Shown one piece after another: positions 42,291 to 53,123 of a DNA stretch of 64,000 nt. The notes beneath the pieces were generated by a model, which made no database searches, was not told the origin of the DNA, and worked only from the letters and a program-made list of their open reading frames with translations. Source of the stretch: Escherichia phage UPWr_E1; sequence record PP418985.1, one strand, 5' to 3'. Positions within the stretch are counted from its first letter, which is position 1; every line of letters starts with the position of its first letter. The position numbers were made by a program, and so were the translations under genes.

Positions 42291-42298
42291 TATTTATA
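42291..42298 (-). promoter_or_regulatory. T4-type late promoter (TATAAATA) for gene 9
   Basis: tatttata on plus strand, 28 nt upstream of the gene 9 ATG. Confidence 0.55.
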
Positions 42299-42307
42299 AA
42301 ATACATA

Positions 42308-42333
42308 CAAAAAAGCCGCCCACGAGGACGGCT
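42308..42333 (-). terminator. Rho-independent terminator closing the methyltransferase cassette
   Basis: Minus-strand GCCGUCC-UCGUG-GGGCGGC hairpin followed by UUUUUU, just after the methyltransferase stop codon. Confidence 0.6.
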
Positions 42334-42338
42334 TATAA

Positions 42339-43178
42339 TTAAATGTCAAACAAGTCTGAGAGCGTCCCAGACGCTGTTTCATGTTCCGGTAAGGTAATCT
42401 CCTTACTTTCTTCTATTTGTTCGTTAGGACGCGATTTAGGAGCTTCTGTGGCTTCTTTCTCGTAATACCGAACCTCAACCACTTCTGTTAAAACGTTGGT
42501 GCTGTGCCATTCATCGCGATAGATTGATGTATCGATACCACATCCGGCATAAGTCACTAAACCAGTTTGTTTGCTCCATTTTAGATATTTATTAGACTTC
42601 ACGGTCCCGTCATAATAAGGTCTGCCGGAATAGGCAAAACCAGCGGAACCCGAAGGAACAATAAAATAGCCAACATCGGCAAACTTCTGGCCTAATGTCA
42701 TAACCTTAAATTCAAACTCACCACCAGTATATTCAAATACATCCTTTGTGTCGGTAGTATTGATTTTCCCGAAAGGTGGATTGCTAATTACAACATCGAA
42801 TTTTTCGTTTGACTCAAATTCGAATACATCGCTTGTGATCCATTCTGCTTCCGGTAATAGTCGTTTACCGATCCGCGCAAATTCTGGATTGAGTTCGACG
42901 CATACGATCTTTTCTGGCTTACAACGATGTAACATACAAAAAGATAAACGACCGATCCCAGCACAAAGATCCAATACTTTTCCGGTACAGTGTGCATCAA
43001 TGGTAAAATCCCAGGCAAGACCTTCTGGTGTAAAGAATGCACCTGAACCGCCTAGACCATCGCCCTGATAGTTGTTATAGCAAAATTCTTTTTCTTCATA
43101 TGTCAATGGACGATCTGAATTAATCAACTCCATTGCTCGGTCGTGTAATTTTTGTTCTTGTTTAGAAAGTCGTGCCAT
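42339..43178 (-). CDS. SAM-dependent methyltransferase, probable N6-adenine (or N4-cytosine) DNA methyltransferase
   Basis: Motif I VLDLCAGIGRLSF and motif IV NPPFGK (the (D/N)PP(F/Y) amino-methyltransferase signature); 279 aa; no counterpart between genes 8 and 9 in T4. Confidence 0.7.
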   Translation of the reverse strand: MARLSKQEQKLHDRAMELINSDRPLTYEEKEFCYNNYQGDGLGGSGAFFTPEGLAWDFTIDAHCTGKVLDLCAGIGRLSFCMLHRCKPEKIVCVELNPEFARIGKRLLPEAEWITSDVFEFESNEKFDVVISNPPFGKINTTDTKDVFEYTGGEFEFKVMTLGQKFADVGYFIVPSGSAGFAYSGRPYYDGTVKSNKYLKWSKQTGLVTYAGCGIDTSIYRDEWHSTNVLTEVVEVRYYEKEATEAPKSRPNEQIEESKEITLPEHETASGTLSDLFDI

Positions 43179-43507
43179 TATTTAACCTTTGCAGTGACGG
43201 TAACGCTATGCCCCAAATAAACATGAGACATAAAGAACACAAAGTTTTTAAATTGCGGATTCTTTCGAATAAACCGTTTCAATTTTCGAATACAAGTAAT
43301 GTTATGGTCATAATTAGAGTAATTAAATTTGATACCCTGTTCCATCATCGCATTAACTTCATCTTGAGAATGCCACTTCTTATCATGGTCACAAAACCAA
43401 TAGTTATCATGCCATTTTTCTTGAAGATGCAAGCCCCAAAACACTTTATGCATTGGATGTTTTGGTTTACCCATTGTGTAATGCAGTTTAATATTTACGC
43501 GTGCCAT
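43178..43507 (-). CDS. Hypothetical His/Trp-rich protein (109 aa)
   Basis: Translationally coupled (overlapping start/stop) within the methyltransferase cassette. Confidence 0.5.
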   Translation of the reverse strand: MARVNIKLHYTMGKPKHPMHKVFWGLHLQEKWHDNYWFCDHDKKWHSQDEVNAMMEQGIKFNYSNYDHNITCIRKLKRFIRKNPQFKNFVFFMSHVYLGHSVTVTAKVK

Positions 43508-43752
43508 TTTCTATCACTCCACATACCGAAAGTTGGATTATACACAAAATGTATAGCTTCATCAATAGTCTTGAATCGTTTGGTTACGTTAGCGCAATTA
43601 ATACCCTCCCATAGTTCATCGGTGTAATCGGATAGTGATGAATGAGTATGATCGATGATCTCTCCGATCTTTTCACCGTTCGCGATCACATCCCAACCGC
43701 AAGGGGATACCTGAATTGCTTCACAATTATCTGTAAATTTACGACGTGCCAT
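43495..43752 (-). CDS. Hypothetical protein (85 aa), first gene of the methyltransferase cassette
   Basis: ATG with GGAGG Shine-Dalgarno, directly downstream of a consensus sigma70 promoter. Confidence 0.5.
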   Translation of the reverse strand: MARRKFTDNCEAIQVSPCGWDVIANGEKIGEIIDHTHSSLSDYTDELWEGINCANVTKRFKTIDEAIHFVYNPTFGMWSDRKWHA

Positions 43753-43781
43753 AATTTATCCTCCGTTGTTTAGATGTGAGC

Positions 43782-43809
43782 ATTATACCTTACCTGACAA
43801 GATTGTCAA
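43782..43809 (-). promoter_or_regulatory. Consensus sigma70-type promoter driving the methyltransferase cassette
   Basis: Minus-strand TTGACA, 16-nt spacer, TATAAT; about 30 nt upstream of the 85-aa ORF. Confidence 0.7.
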
Positions 43810-43821
43810 CACCCAAAATGT

Positions 43822-43848
43822 AAAAAGCCAACTCTCTCGAATTGGCTT
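43822..43848 (-). terminator. Rho-independent terminator downstream of gene 8
   Basis: Minus-strand AAGCCAA-loop-TTGGCTT hairpin followed by a U-run. Confidence 0.6.
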
Positions 43849-43862
43849 TTAAAATCATACAC

Positions 43863-44858
43863 TTAGAACTCAAACAATACAGAAACAAGTTCTGTTTGAT
43901 CTAATGACCGAACGATAGGTTGTCGGTTTTCCATATAGATCATTTCGCCTGAGTGCGGCTCTAAGTCTTGCGGACGGTACTTATCTTTAACCGCTTTAAC
44001 GTCTGGATCGCTAGGGCGTGCTTTCTTTTCCAATGGGTTAAGGATAATGCTTAACTGACGGAAACCAGTATTACCCACTAACGCGGAAGTTGGGAATTGC
44101 GCAGAGTCCATATAAGCCTGAAAACGCAAAGTTACTACTTTCAGCCGATAAAGCAGATTATAGTCATTATACCAGGTGATCACATTGTCATAGCCCCAAC
44201 GCGCCGGATCTTGTCTCAATTCATCCGGGAATGGAACAACAATATGTTCATTGGTGCAACGGTTGATCGCCGCATCAGGCGGAATTGTGTACAGGTATTC
44301 CCAACGATATCCATCACCCATATCAATAGAATCGCCCTTTCCTACAGGTGGCGCAATTGATTCATGGGTAGGTGTCCACTTTCCTCCCAACTTCAAACAC
44401 TCTACTTTAGCGTCAATGCTTGAAATAGAGCAGTAACCGCGATCAGGAACATCTGTTACACGGTAAACCATCCAGCCGCTACCAACATCTGTACGGTTAT
44501 ATGGTGCTGAGTTTACGACAACAATGTCATTGATAAAGAACGTGCGCGGGTTATCCTGTCCGGTATCACCCCAATCTTTACGAGGGATAACCGCATCAAG
44601 AAGTGATTTGTTAATCTTAACCGCCCCCATCATATGGGTCCACATGTCAACAACACCAGCCGTTGAATCGGTCGGATAAGGTGGGGCAAAGCCCACCTCT
44701 TTTTCGTTTTCTGACCACGGCTCCGAACGTCCAAACGTTCCATAAATTGTAATTTGATTTGCTCCATCGCCTACAGAATTATAGAAGTTCAGAAGTTTTT
44801 CTGTTCTGAATTTGCTAGTAATGATTGAGCGATAGATCACACTATTTTCATTAGCCAT
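43863..44858 (-). CDS. 8: Baseplate wedge protein gp8
   Basis: 331 aa (T4 gp8 334 aa); synteny 7-8. Confidence 0.75.
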   Translation of the reverse strand: MANENSVIYRSIITSKFRTEKLLNFYNSVGDGANQITIYGTFGRSEPWSENEKEVGFAPPYPTDSTAGVVDMWTHMMGAVKINKSLLDAVIPRKDWGDTGQDNPRTFFINDIVVVNSAPYNRTDVGSGWMVYRVTDVPDRGYCSISSIDAKVECLKLGGKWTPTHESIAPPVGKGDSIDMGDGYRWEYLYTIPPDAAINRCTNEHIVVPFPDELRQDPARWGYDNVITWYNDYNLLYRLKVVTLRFQAYMDSAQFPTSALVGNTGFRQLSIILNPLEKKARPSDPDVKAVKDKYRPQDLEPHSGEMIYMENRQPIVRSLDQTELVSVLFEF

Positions 44859-47800
44859 TAATTTTCCTCTGTGTCGGATTCTTCGGATCTCGTGGATTTC
44901 CTATATTATCCTTCAACCGTTTATCCACGAGTTCACGGAACATAGAGAACGTTACCGCTGATTGGTCAAACAATGGACTCATATCAAACCGACGTTCGCT
45001 TGCTTTCAGACCGTGGAATAGTTCGCTATTTTCCTGATCGTAATCAGGCGGTACAGGGAACTCTTCGCCAATTGTCGGTGACGTTAAGTATAATGGTTTC
45101 CCTGTTAGCGGGTCAATCTTAATATTTCCATCAACATCAAGGTCAGCAACACGATCAGGATACACTCTAGGTAATCCGCTGTCAAACTTATAGTTTTTAA
45201 GAGTTCTGATTATAGTTTCTACGTGTCTCATACTTAACCCGCTATTAATAAACATTGTAAGAAGAGTAACACCTATGAAACCAAAACCCACAGGATGAAC
45301 AAATCTCATAACGTCATTTGCATATCTGGAAGTAGGTAAAGCACTCTTAATCTTCATGGTGTATTGGCTGCGTGAGCGGTTGATATAGTCGATTGAACTA
45401 CTTAACAACTCTTTACCACGTACACCAACAAGGATCATCCCCTCGAATGCAGTTTTCTCTGACTTGATCAATTGACCTTCTTCGAACCTTCCGATCAGGT
45501 TATGAATGGTTATTCGCCAGCGTAGGCGACCTCCTTCATATTCCCTTTCAAGATACGTCACGTTAGCCCGTCCGGTTGGAGTATAGATCGTGCGTCCTAC
45601 GATATCCTCATCAATATTCGTTGAACTAACAACAATATCATACTCTAGTCCGGCTTGTGATTCAACCTCAATTTCTACATCTTCGTTATAAAGCAACTTA
45701 AACAGGAACTTATAAGAAGCCTCCACACCCTTAGTGGAATAAAAATCTGATTTACGGGATTCAAAGAATCTTACTACCGCATCTCGCTTGTTTTTGTCTG
45801 CATAGATATTTCGTTTGTTCATCTCTGACCAAAGATACTCATATGCATCTTGTTCTCGTGGATATTTGTTTTTAATCAGATTTTTTAGTTTGTTATAGTA
45901 TGTTCCTGAACCATCACTTAAGAATTGCAGATAATATTCAGAAAATTTTCTGAAATTTTCATTCTCCAGCAAGAAACTGTCTGGTGTCATCTTATTCAAT
46001 AAAGGCCGTAAATCTGGATCTTGTTCTCTGTCATAGTGAACTGGAACCCAGGGCACTTCACGAACCTGATTCTGTAATTCTGCAACAAGTGCTACATTTG
46101 TAGGTTTCCAATATACACCGACCTGATCGCGAACACGATAATTAAATTGATAAAATCCTATGATCTCCCCTGTGTTTTTATGGAACATCACACCAGATGC
46201 ATATTGTTTGAATCCTTCAAATTTAACGTTGTTCAGATAACAGGTTACGGTCCCTTTATCATATACTTCACGGTTAATTCTGTTTTTATCAAGAATGCCG
46301 GAAGTATCAACTTCCTGAGTATAGACAACTTCTGGATAAACAACCAACGGGCGATTATCATTTGTGATCCATACACGAACACCGTTTCGACGCATCCATG
46401 TATAATCAGCCTCATTATAATACGCTTGCGGTCCTAATTCCCAAATACGCAAATCATCATAACTTGCTCTGAAAGTAGTTTGATGTATTTTCTTATCAGT
46501 TAGATAAGTTGGCTCCTGAGAATATTTTACTGCCTCGCTTAATTCATATTTCGCGGCAGTTTCTGGATCAGGTAAAATGCTTTCGAAATGATGATTATAA
46601 TGGCTTATGAATGCCTCATCACCATTGGTTGACATATTACTGAACCCATGCTGAATATATTCCCTTTCTTGCGGAGTGTTGCCAAATACTCGCTGAAAAG
46701 ATAATCCATCGCTCCCAATCAAGTATACCCCCGCATCGTCTGACGGGACAACGTTTCCAGGTTTAGTCGGATCTTGATAACGCTGTTTAACTTCACCTGT
46801 AACAAATACCAGTAATTTTCCGTCAACAACATCCATTTTCTGAATAACAGCTTTGTCATTTCCTGTTACCCGGATAATATCAGGGTCAAATATCTTTTCC
46901 CCAAATGTAGGCGAACCCTGAACGGTATCAACCGGAGTATTCTTAAGGCGAATCCGGCGAATAACATCCTTAGCACCAACCCACAAATAGTCATCACTAC
47001 ACGCCATAGCTTCGGCGTATTTTGTAGTGTCTCCTGTCAGTCTAGCAAGTACACCAAATACTTCAACATCAAACCCTAAATCGTTTTCGTCACCAACTTT
47101 TGCGAATGTGATAGTATCATCACTAAAGCGAACATCGTCGGCACTCCATCGGGTATCGCTGGCTTGTCGTCCGTAAAAGATACGGTCATATCCTAAAACG
47201 TAAGTAGTAATCTTAGACTGATAAACGCATGTACGGGAAACCGGATTGCCTACACGGTCGTTAAACGCTTTATATGCTTTCCATGATTGGCCTTTATCGT
47301 TCGACACCTTCACAATTGGCTGGAATCGCTCAAAAAGATATAGCACACCGTTCATTTCCGCTAACATGGTGCGGTTTATGTCAGTACAGACTTTTTCTAT
47401 ATGATCTTGGATCTCGTGAAAGTTTTCATCAACAATAATTTTGTTAGAAATATTTGTGATGTTTGCATATTCAGGACTGAAAACAAAATCTTCCTGCATC
47501 AATGATGCTTGAATTAAATCAGTATTGAATTTAATATAATCACGATTATCATATGTAAACTTTTGCTTAACAAATTCATTCGCCAGATTAAATTCTCGCA
47601 TCGTTGAAAAGTTGTAAGCATTGGTCTTGAATGTCTGAAACTCTTCGGTTTCAATCCATTTACTTTGTTCAAATCCTTCTGCGGCTACTGCTACACGAAA
47701 CTTGTAATAATATTCTGGAAAAAGGTTTTTATCTTCAAACCAGTTTTGATCGGCAGTATATCCCAGGTTTACCCAGCTTAACTCATCGACGGGGATGATC

Positions 47801-47937
47801 TCCCCGTCTCGCGTTCTGGTTTCGGCTAACTCCACAAAATAAAAGAAGTTTTCGCCTACGTCATCCCATGTGATATACGCCTGATTAGCAGACAATTTTT
47901 CTATTGTCAAGCTAGTTACACTAGGCGCTTTAATCAT
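44851..47937 (-). CDS. 7: Baseplate wedge protein gp7
   Basis: 1028 aa (T4 gp7 1032 aa); synteny 6-7-8. Confidence 0.85.
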   Translation of the reverse strand: MIKAPSVTSLTIEKLSANQAYITWDDVGENFFYFVELAETRTRDGEIIPVDELSWVNLGYTADQNWFEDKNLFPEYYYKFRVAVAAEGFEQSKWIETEEFQTFKTNAYNFSTMREFNLANEFVKQKFTYDNRDYIKFNTDLIQASLMQEDFVFSPEYANITNISNKIIVDENFHEIQDHIEKVCTDINRTMLAEMNGVLYLFERFQPIVKVSNDKGQSWKAYKAFNDRVGNPVSRTCVYQSKITTYVLGYDRIFYGRQASDTRWSADDVRFSDDTITFAKVGDENDLGFDVEVFGVLARLTGDTTKYAEAMACSDDYLWVGAKDVIRRIRLKNTPVDTVQGSPTFGEKIFDPDIIRVTGNDKAVIQKMDVVDGKLLVFVTGEVKQRYQDPTKPGNVVPSDDAGVYLIGSDGLSFQRVFGNTPQEREYIQHGFSNMSTNGDEAFISHYNHHFESILPDPETAAKYELSEAVKYSQEPTYLTDKKIHQTTFRASYDDLRIWELGPQAYYNEADYTWMRRNGVRVWITNDNRPLVVYPEVVYTQEVDTSGILDKNRINREVYDKGTVTCYLNNVKFEGFKQYASGVMFHKNTGEIIGFYQFNYRVRDQVGVYWKPTNVALVAELQNQVREVPWVPVHYDREQDPDLRPLLNKMTPDSFLLENENFRKFSEYYLQFLSDGSGTYYNKLKNLIKNKYPREQDAYEYLWSEMNKRNIYADKNKRDAVVRFFESRKSDFYSTKGVEASYKFLFKLLYNEDVEIEVESQAGLEYDIVVSSTNIDEDIVGRTIYTPTGRANVTYLEREYEGGRLRWRITIHNLIGRFEEGQLIKSEKTAFEGMILVGVRGKELLSSSIDYINRSRSQYTMKIKSALPTSRYANDVMRFVHPVGFGFIGVTLLTMFINSGLSMRHVETIIRTLKNYKFDSGLPRVYPDRVADLDVDGNIKIDPLTGKPLYLTSPTIGEEFPVPPDYDQENSELFHGLKASERRFDMSPLFDQSAVTFSMFRELVDKRLKDNIGNPRDPKNPTQRKING

Positions 47938-49838
47938 TGAGCAATTGCCTCCAGACTAATAGTTGTATACTGAGGACGGAGATCGTTTTCAAACACGATC
48001 AAAGAACCGTCTTTAGTAAAGATGTTATCAGCAATCGGTTTAGCTGTCAACTCAATATATGAACCAGTAAAGCGATCGCTATTGATATTCAGTTTACCCA
48101 GATCCCATGAAATAAGGTCTTCATAATGCTGAACCTCTCCAACCTCAAAGTATAGGTCCGCACCGTCGATAATCTCTTTATCAAAATCAGTGCCGGAATA
48201 GTGCGGTAAAGCGATTGTAGAACCAACAGGGAAAGGTCCAACCAGCAATTTAGCTAAACCGGATTCTTTGTTCATTTCTGTACTTACATAATGGATCGGA
48301 TATTGCTTGTCGTCCTTTTCGAAGTTGAATGAACTAGACTTAATTCCGCTCTTATACTGGTTTAAAAACTTGATTCCAGCCATAGGTGCTTTATAGAAGT
48401 TGTCGATCTCTCGCACCATCTCGATTTCTGCACTAGAACCTATCACAGACACGTCAGCTTTGTCAATACGAGCAAGCATTTTAGACTTACTAAATGTCTG
48501 GTTAAAAATTTCCACTTCGTCGGTATAATATGCATCAATCTGATCAATAACCGCACCGCGCAACCACTGCTCTGATTCTGACAAGTCGTTGATTGAATAG
48601 GAAACTTTAATATTCTGTTTAATATACAGATAGTTAGGGTCAATTATGCTCGGCGTGATAGGGGCAAGATTATATTTTGCCAGATAATCCCGCATATCTT
48701 CTTTTTGAACAGTTGTCAAACGCAAGCCAGATTTAGGCTTAACAGCAACAAAAGCATAACCCGGTTTTTCTCGGTCGGTGAAACATTGTACAGCCTGAAC
48801 AATACTACCAAAACGGCTAGACACAAAAGCCTCATAGTCGGAAGCAGTTACACAACGACGCTGAGATTCACGCATTACCGGAGCAAGTTCACGAATACGT
48901 TCGATTGATTCAGGATCACCACCACCATCTGCACCGACATAATCACGATCATTTGTCGGATTCTCAATAATTTTAACAATAGAAATTGATGCCAATGTAT
49001 CCGCATATGTAAAATTAACTGAACCGTTTGCTTCCGCGCCCTTAGTGCTGATATATTCAATAACAATATTAGCACCAGTTGACGGCTTAAGTCCACCAAT
49101 ATAATTTGCTTCCAGTGCACCGCCAGCAGCAGATAAAGTTGATTCACCTTCACCAAAGAAGATTTCTGTATGTCCGTCTACGGTTTCACGCATATAGAAA
49201 ATATTACTAGCGCCAGTTGCATTAACAATACTTTCTCGCGTCCAGTCTTTCCATTCAGCACCGTCTACCCACAACTTAACCTGAGCGCGGTCAATATCAG
49301 GGTCACGGATCAGAATTTGTTTCTTCGGATCAAATAACATTTCTGTACGAACAATACGACCTTGTGCGACTTTAAGCATAGGCGTATATAAACCATTTGA
49401 ACCTAAAACGCTCACAACGTCTTCTGTAGTCACAAACGGATAAGACGTCTGGCGATCCACACTTGCAATAAATTTAGTTCCTCGTGGGATTCGAATACTT
49501 GCCGGATTTCGCGGATGTGATACATGCAACATAATTGTAGTTGATGCACTAGTTTTACTTGCTGGCAAATATCCTAAATCTTGCGCGGCTTGAACCACTG
49601 AACTACGTTTAATTGCAGTTCTGATAAAAGATTCATATAGAGCGGCGTTAGCGAATTGCTGAATATACAGAGTGTTATATGCGAGCAAGTCCATCAATAC
49701 GTTAATACCAGCACCATTAAAATCAAAATCTTTAAATTCTTCCTGGTTTCTCATCCAGTCTGTTAATGCGCTTTTAATTTCATCGAATGTAGCAGCATTA
49801 AAAATATCAGGAATTTGTGTAATCTTTTGCTTTGTCAT
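47934..49838 (-). CDS. 6: Baseplate wedge protein gp6
   Basis: 634 aa (T4 gp6 660 aa); synteny. Confidence 0.8.
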   Translation of the reverse strand: MTKQKITQIPDIFNAATFDEIKSALTDWMRNQEEFKDFDFNGAGINVLMDLLAYNTLYIQQFANAALYESFIRTAIKRSSVVQAAQDLGYLPASKTSASTTIMLHVSHPRNPASIRIPRGTKFIASVDRQTSYPFVTTEDVVSVLGSNGLYTPMLKVAQGRIVRTEMLFDPKKQILIRDPDIDRAQVKLWVDGAEWKDWTRESIVNATGASNIFYMRETVDGHTEIFFGEGESTLSAAGGALEANYIGGLKPSTGANIVIEYISTKGAEANGSVNFTYADTLASISIVKIIENPTNDRDYVGADGGGDPESIERIRELAPVMRESQRRCVTASDYEAFVSSRFGSIVQAVQCFTDREKPGYAFVAVKPKSGLRLTTVQKEDMRDYLAKYNLAPITPSIIDPNYLYIKQNIKVSYSINDLSESEQWLRGAVIDQIDAYYTDEVEIFNQTFSKSKMLARIDKADVSVIGSSAEIEMVREIDNFYKAPMAGIKFLNQYKSGIKSSSFNFEKDDKQYPIHYVSTEMNKESGLAKLLVGPFPVGSTIALPHYSGTDFDKEIIDGADLYFEVGEVQHYEDLISWDLGKLNINSDRFTGSYIELTAKPIADNIFTKDGSLIVFENDLRPQYTTISLEAIAQ

Positions 49839-50128
49839 TTTATGAATACCTTCGGTGATGCCATAGCGACGGTATCGCCACAGCTAATACGATCTGCCAT
49901 TTGAATTGCTTTCTTTCCGGTAACAAATACTTTCGGGGTACTGGCGACCGTAGTTCCCCCGTGTGTATCATAAGGCTTTGTTGTTTTTGTGTGTGGTGTA
50001 ATTGGGTCTCCTTCGACTAATACAGGGATACCCTCAACAAATACCTTAGATTGAGTTGCATTAATTACCGTAGGTGGGTAGTTTCCGTGCCCTGTAGTTT
50101 TAGCTTTATCGTAGGATAATCCAGCCAT
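49835..50128 (-). CDS. 5.4: PAAR-repeat spike-tip protein gp5.4
   Basis: 97 aa, same length as T4 gp5.4; small Gly/Pro/Val-rich PAAR-like beta protein; downstream of gene 5. Confidence 0.75.
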   Translation of the reverse strand: MAGLSYDKAKTTGHGNYPPTVINATQSKVFVEGIPVLVEGDPITPHTKTTKPYDTHGGTTVASTPKVFVTGKKAIQMADRISCGDTVAMASPKVFIK

Positions 50129-50694
50129 TAAACACCCCTATGTACATAATCTCTTAGTTGCTGCGCCCACACATCCCAATTTCCAAAAACGGTTTGAGTA
50201 TAAACTTTCTCTATTGTGTGCTCGGTTACTACCGGAGGCGGATTAGTTTCACCAGCACCCTCTCGGCTATTGGAACCACCACTATTTCCTTCACCGGAAC
50301 CACCAGAAGACTCTGAAACAGATTGGATATAGGTTAGGGTTACTTTATAAGTATAAACCTCCTGTAGACGTGTAGGAGCGTTAAAATAATATAGATCTGC
50401 GGTAGTTGGATCTGGTAAATCATCAAAACTTCCGGCAGATTTTTTAATTCGATCTTTCGTTATATATTTAAGAGAATCCGCGCCAAGCGAAAAACTATCC
50501 CGATACTCACCAGATATTTTAGTTTCTTCAACGGTAACGCCCTTATTAGGGCGATACTCGCTGATCTTAAACTCTTTAATCGTGTATGTGGTATTTGCAT
50601 CCGGTGGCGTTGCTTTATAAGAGAACACCACCTCAAAGATTTCTCGCTCGCTGATATCCTCCAATTTTGAACTCATCGGAAGAATTTCAACCAT
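50128..50694 (-). CDS. 5.1: gp5.1-like protein
   Basis: 188 aa between genes 5 and 5.4; position only. Confidence 0.5.
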   Translation of the reverse strand: MVEILPMSSKLEDISEREIFEVVFSYKATPPDANTTYTIKEFKISEYRPNKGVTVEETKISGEYRDSFSLGADSLKYITKDRIKKSAGSFDDLPDPTTADLYYFNAPTRLQEVYTYKVTLTYIQSVSESSGGSGEGNSGGSNSREGAGETNPPPVVTEHTIEKVYTQTVFGNWDVWAQQLRDYVHRGV

Positions 50695-50702
50695 TAGTTA
50701 CC

Positions 50703-52502
50703 TCACCCAAGATCAATACGGCTACCATCAATTTTAACTGTACCAGATGCAATATCTTTAACGCTTGCACCACAATTACGGGACCAGTCACCATTAACCT
50801 GATCGGATTTAGTGCCGTTGACGGTCATATTAAAATTACCCTCAACGGTTAAATCATAGTTACCTTTAATTGTCTCGGTAGTGTTACCCTCGATCATTAA
50901 TTCAGCATTACCCTTGACATTAGCCGTCAAATTAGCGTCAAGCTGTGCGATAACATCACCGACAACATGCATATTAGCTGTACCTTCAACGGTCTGATTA
51001 ACATTACCACGAATAAATTCAGTGACGTTACCATCAACGGTTTGCATCACATTACCCATATAATAAACTTGCGCGTCACCTTCAACAACAACTTGCAAAT
51101 TACCCTTAACGTTTACTTTCCGGCCTTGTTTAACGATCAGATAATCATCGCCTTCAATCTTTTCTACCCTCGTTCCGTCCGGTCTGGTTTCTTCAAATGT
51201 ACCAGAAGGATGTTTGCGATGATATCGCTCATGAGAAGGAGTATCATCAATCTCGATAATATGACCGCTCTCCGACTCGTACACATGGTTATAAGGATAC
51301 CTTGCAGAATACGAACTCTTAGGCTCTTTAAACATGATTCGTGTGTCTTGTGGGGTAAACGGTGCTTCTGGGTCTTCTTCTGCTCTCTGCGTCTTATAGG
51401 CAGCAATACGGGCATTTCTCAAACGTGCTCGCGGATCATCAGAAATTGATTCCTCTTTCTTTGGAGCAATTACGCCATATGATTCTAAGTTACCAGTAAG
51501 AATAATTTTAGAAACACGGCTTGACCGTCCTGGAGTTTGGTTAGCCCATACCGATTGACGTAATCCATCATAGGCTTGTTTCCATTCTTCCGCCAGCATT
51601 GCAGCAAGACTATTCTTAAATTTACCCAATCCACCAACACCCATTTGAAACGCCATATTTTCTAATGCCATACGACGAGAAGCATTACACTTATTATAGA
51701 CAGGTGCAATTCGTGGATGTTTGCGCATATCACGACGAGTCTTTTCTATATCGTCAGCAAATACTTTACTAACTTCTTCGGCGGTAAGTCTTCCGTTTGT
51801 AACTTCACGCCCTACCAGCTTAGAAAGTTCATTATTGATAATACCAAGATCACTGGTTTTCTTATAAATGATCAAATGCCCGATGCCTATTGTCGGATAT
51901 CCTTCTGAATCAAGATACCATTTCTCGCGATATCCCTCATCGCCCCGCAGCATTTTTTCTATTGTATATTCTGGGTTATCATCAACCGGAATTTGGTCTA
52001 ATGGCTCGTCGTCTGGATTTACTGCAACTCCAGTGTTTTCATCTCGAATATAGACACTATCAGGTTTTGTTGTTTGTCCGGTTTCTGGGTTAATACCGCC
52101 ACGAGCAAGAATATTAACATCATTACCAATATAACGAGGATATGCACCAGAAGGGTCGCAAAACCCTTCTGTAGTGAGTGGTTTCTCTGTATATTGTCCG
52201 GCAATAGTGCCAAGAATAACGCAGTTTAAATAACGTTCATCTAAAGCCAAACCAAACACCATTGAACCTTCAACAATACCAGTAGGGCTTTGACCTATAC
52301 CGGAGATCGCCGCGCTTGTAATATCTTGCACTGGCGTAATCCATAATAGATCTTCGGTTGGAAGACCTTGAATGTCACCGTGTGCGGATAGCGAAGGATG
52401 TATACCATGAATCCTAACCTGAACTCGGCCTAACATTAATGGGTCTTCCCTGTTTTCTACAATTCCGGTAAACCATTTAACGGAGTTATTAAACATTAGC
52501 AT
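50703..52502 (-). CDS. 5: Baseplate hub + tail lysozyme (cell-puncturing device) gp5
   Basis: 599 aa (T4 gp5 575 aa); T4-lysozyme-like segment (YLDSEGYPTIGIGHLI), C-terminal VxGxxxxx repeats typical of the gp5 beta-helix. Confidence 0.9.
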   Translation of the reverse strand: MLMFNNSVKWFTGIVENREDPLMLGRVQVRIHGIHPSLSAHGDIQGLPTEDLLWITPVQDITSAAISGIGQSPTGIVEGSMVFGLALDERYLNCVILGTIAGQYTEKPLTTEGFCDPSGAYPRYIGNDVNILARGGINPETGQTTKPDSVYIRDENTGVAVNPDDEPLDQIPVDDNPEYTIEKMLRGDEGYREKWYLDSEGYPTIGIGHLIIYKKTSDLGIINNELSKLVGREVTNGRLTAEEVSKVFADDIEKTRRDMRKHPRIAPVYNKCNASRRMALENMAFQMGVGGLGKFKNSLAAMLAEEWKQAYDGLRQSVWANQTPGRSSRVSKIILTGNLESYGVIAPKKEESISDDPRARLRNARIAAYKTQRAEEDPEAPFTPQDTRIMFKEPKSSYSARYPYNHVYESESGHIIEIDDTPSHERYHRKHPSGTFEETRPDGTRVEKIEGDDYLIVKQGRKVNVKGNLQVVVEGDAQVYYMGNVMQTVDGNVTEFIRGNVNQTVEGTANMHVVGDVIAQLDANLTANVKGNAELMIEGNTTETIKGNYDLTVEGNFNMTVNGTKSDQVNGDWSRNCGASVKDIASGTVKIDGSRIDLG

Positions 52503-52513
52503 AATTAATCACC

Positions 52514-53068
52514 TTACACATCAGCCTTTTCCATTTCTCGAATGAATGCGTTAATAAATTGTTTAATTTGTGTAGGATCTATGATCTTGATCTTGCGTCG
52601 TTCCTCATTGCGGAGAATCGCATCTTCCAGTGTGTCTACTGCCGATAATGCACCATGAAACTGCAAATGACGATGATGAATATCTCCTTTATCATACCAA
52701 TTGCTTGATCCTTTCGGATATTCTGTAAGATTCCAATACTTGTTTCCGTCAATATCAACGTGGTATAATACTTGATTTCCTCCTACATTTGCATATCGCT
52801 GTTCGGCTGACTCATATGCTGTCTCTTGATCGGTGATCCAGTCATGGAACGGATCGTATACGTCATTAAGCATCAGCAAGATCCAGTAAAGTTGTTGGTT
52901 TCCGTATACTTCATATGCAACTTGTTCCGGTCGTGGACTACCTTGAATGTAATATGTTTGTATGTTATAATCAGAAATTATTGCGTTGAAATATGCGCGG
53001 TAATTGCGCACAATGTCAGTAATCATCTTGCCGTTGTATTCAATGGCAGGGAAGAAAGAAAAGAGCAT
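52514..53068 (-). CDS. 53: Baseplate wedge protein gp53
   Basis: 184 aa (T4 gp53 196 aa); upstream of gene 5; late promoter upstream. Confidence 0.7.
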   Translation of the reverse strand: MLFSFFPAIEYNGKMITDIVRNYRAYFNAIISDYNIQTYYIQGSPRPEQVAYEVYGNQQLYWILLMLNDVYDPFHDWITDQETAYESAEQRYANVGGNQVLYHVDIDGNKYWNLTEYPKGSSNWYDKGDIHHRHLQFHGALSAVDTLEDAILRNEERRKIKIIDPTQIKQFINAFIREMEKADV

Positions 53069-53100
53069 TTTAGCACCCTCAATTGATAAATAGTATTATG

Positions 53101-53108
53101 TATTTATA
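53101..53108 (-). promoter_or_regulatory. T4-type late promoter (TATAAATA) for gene 53
   Basis: tatttata on plus strand, 33 nt upstream of the gene 53 ATG. Confidence 0.55.
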
Positions 53109-53123
53109 ATAAAGGGTGCTAAA

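Noticed and set aside
50967-51449. 160-aa plus-strand ORF inside gene 5
   Set aside because: Antisense to the gp5 coding region; no RBS.
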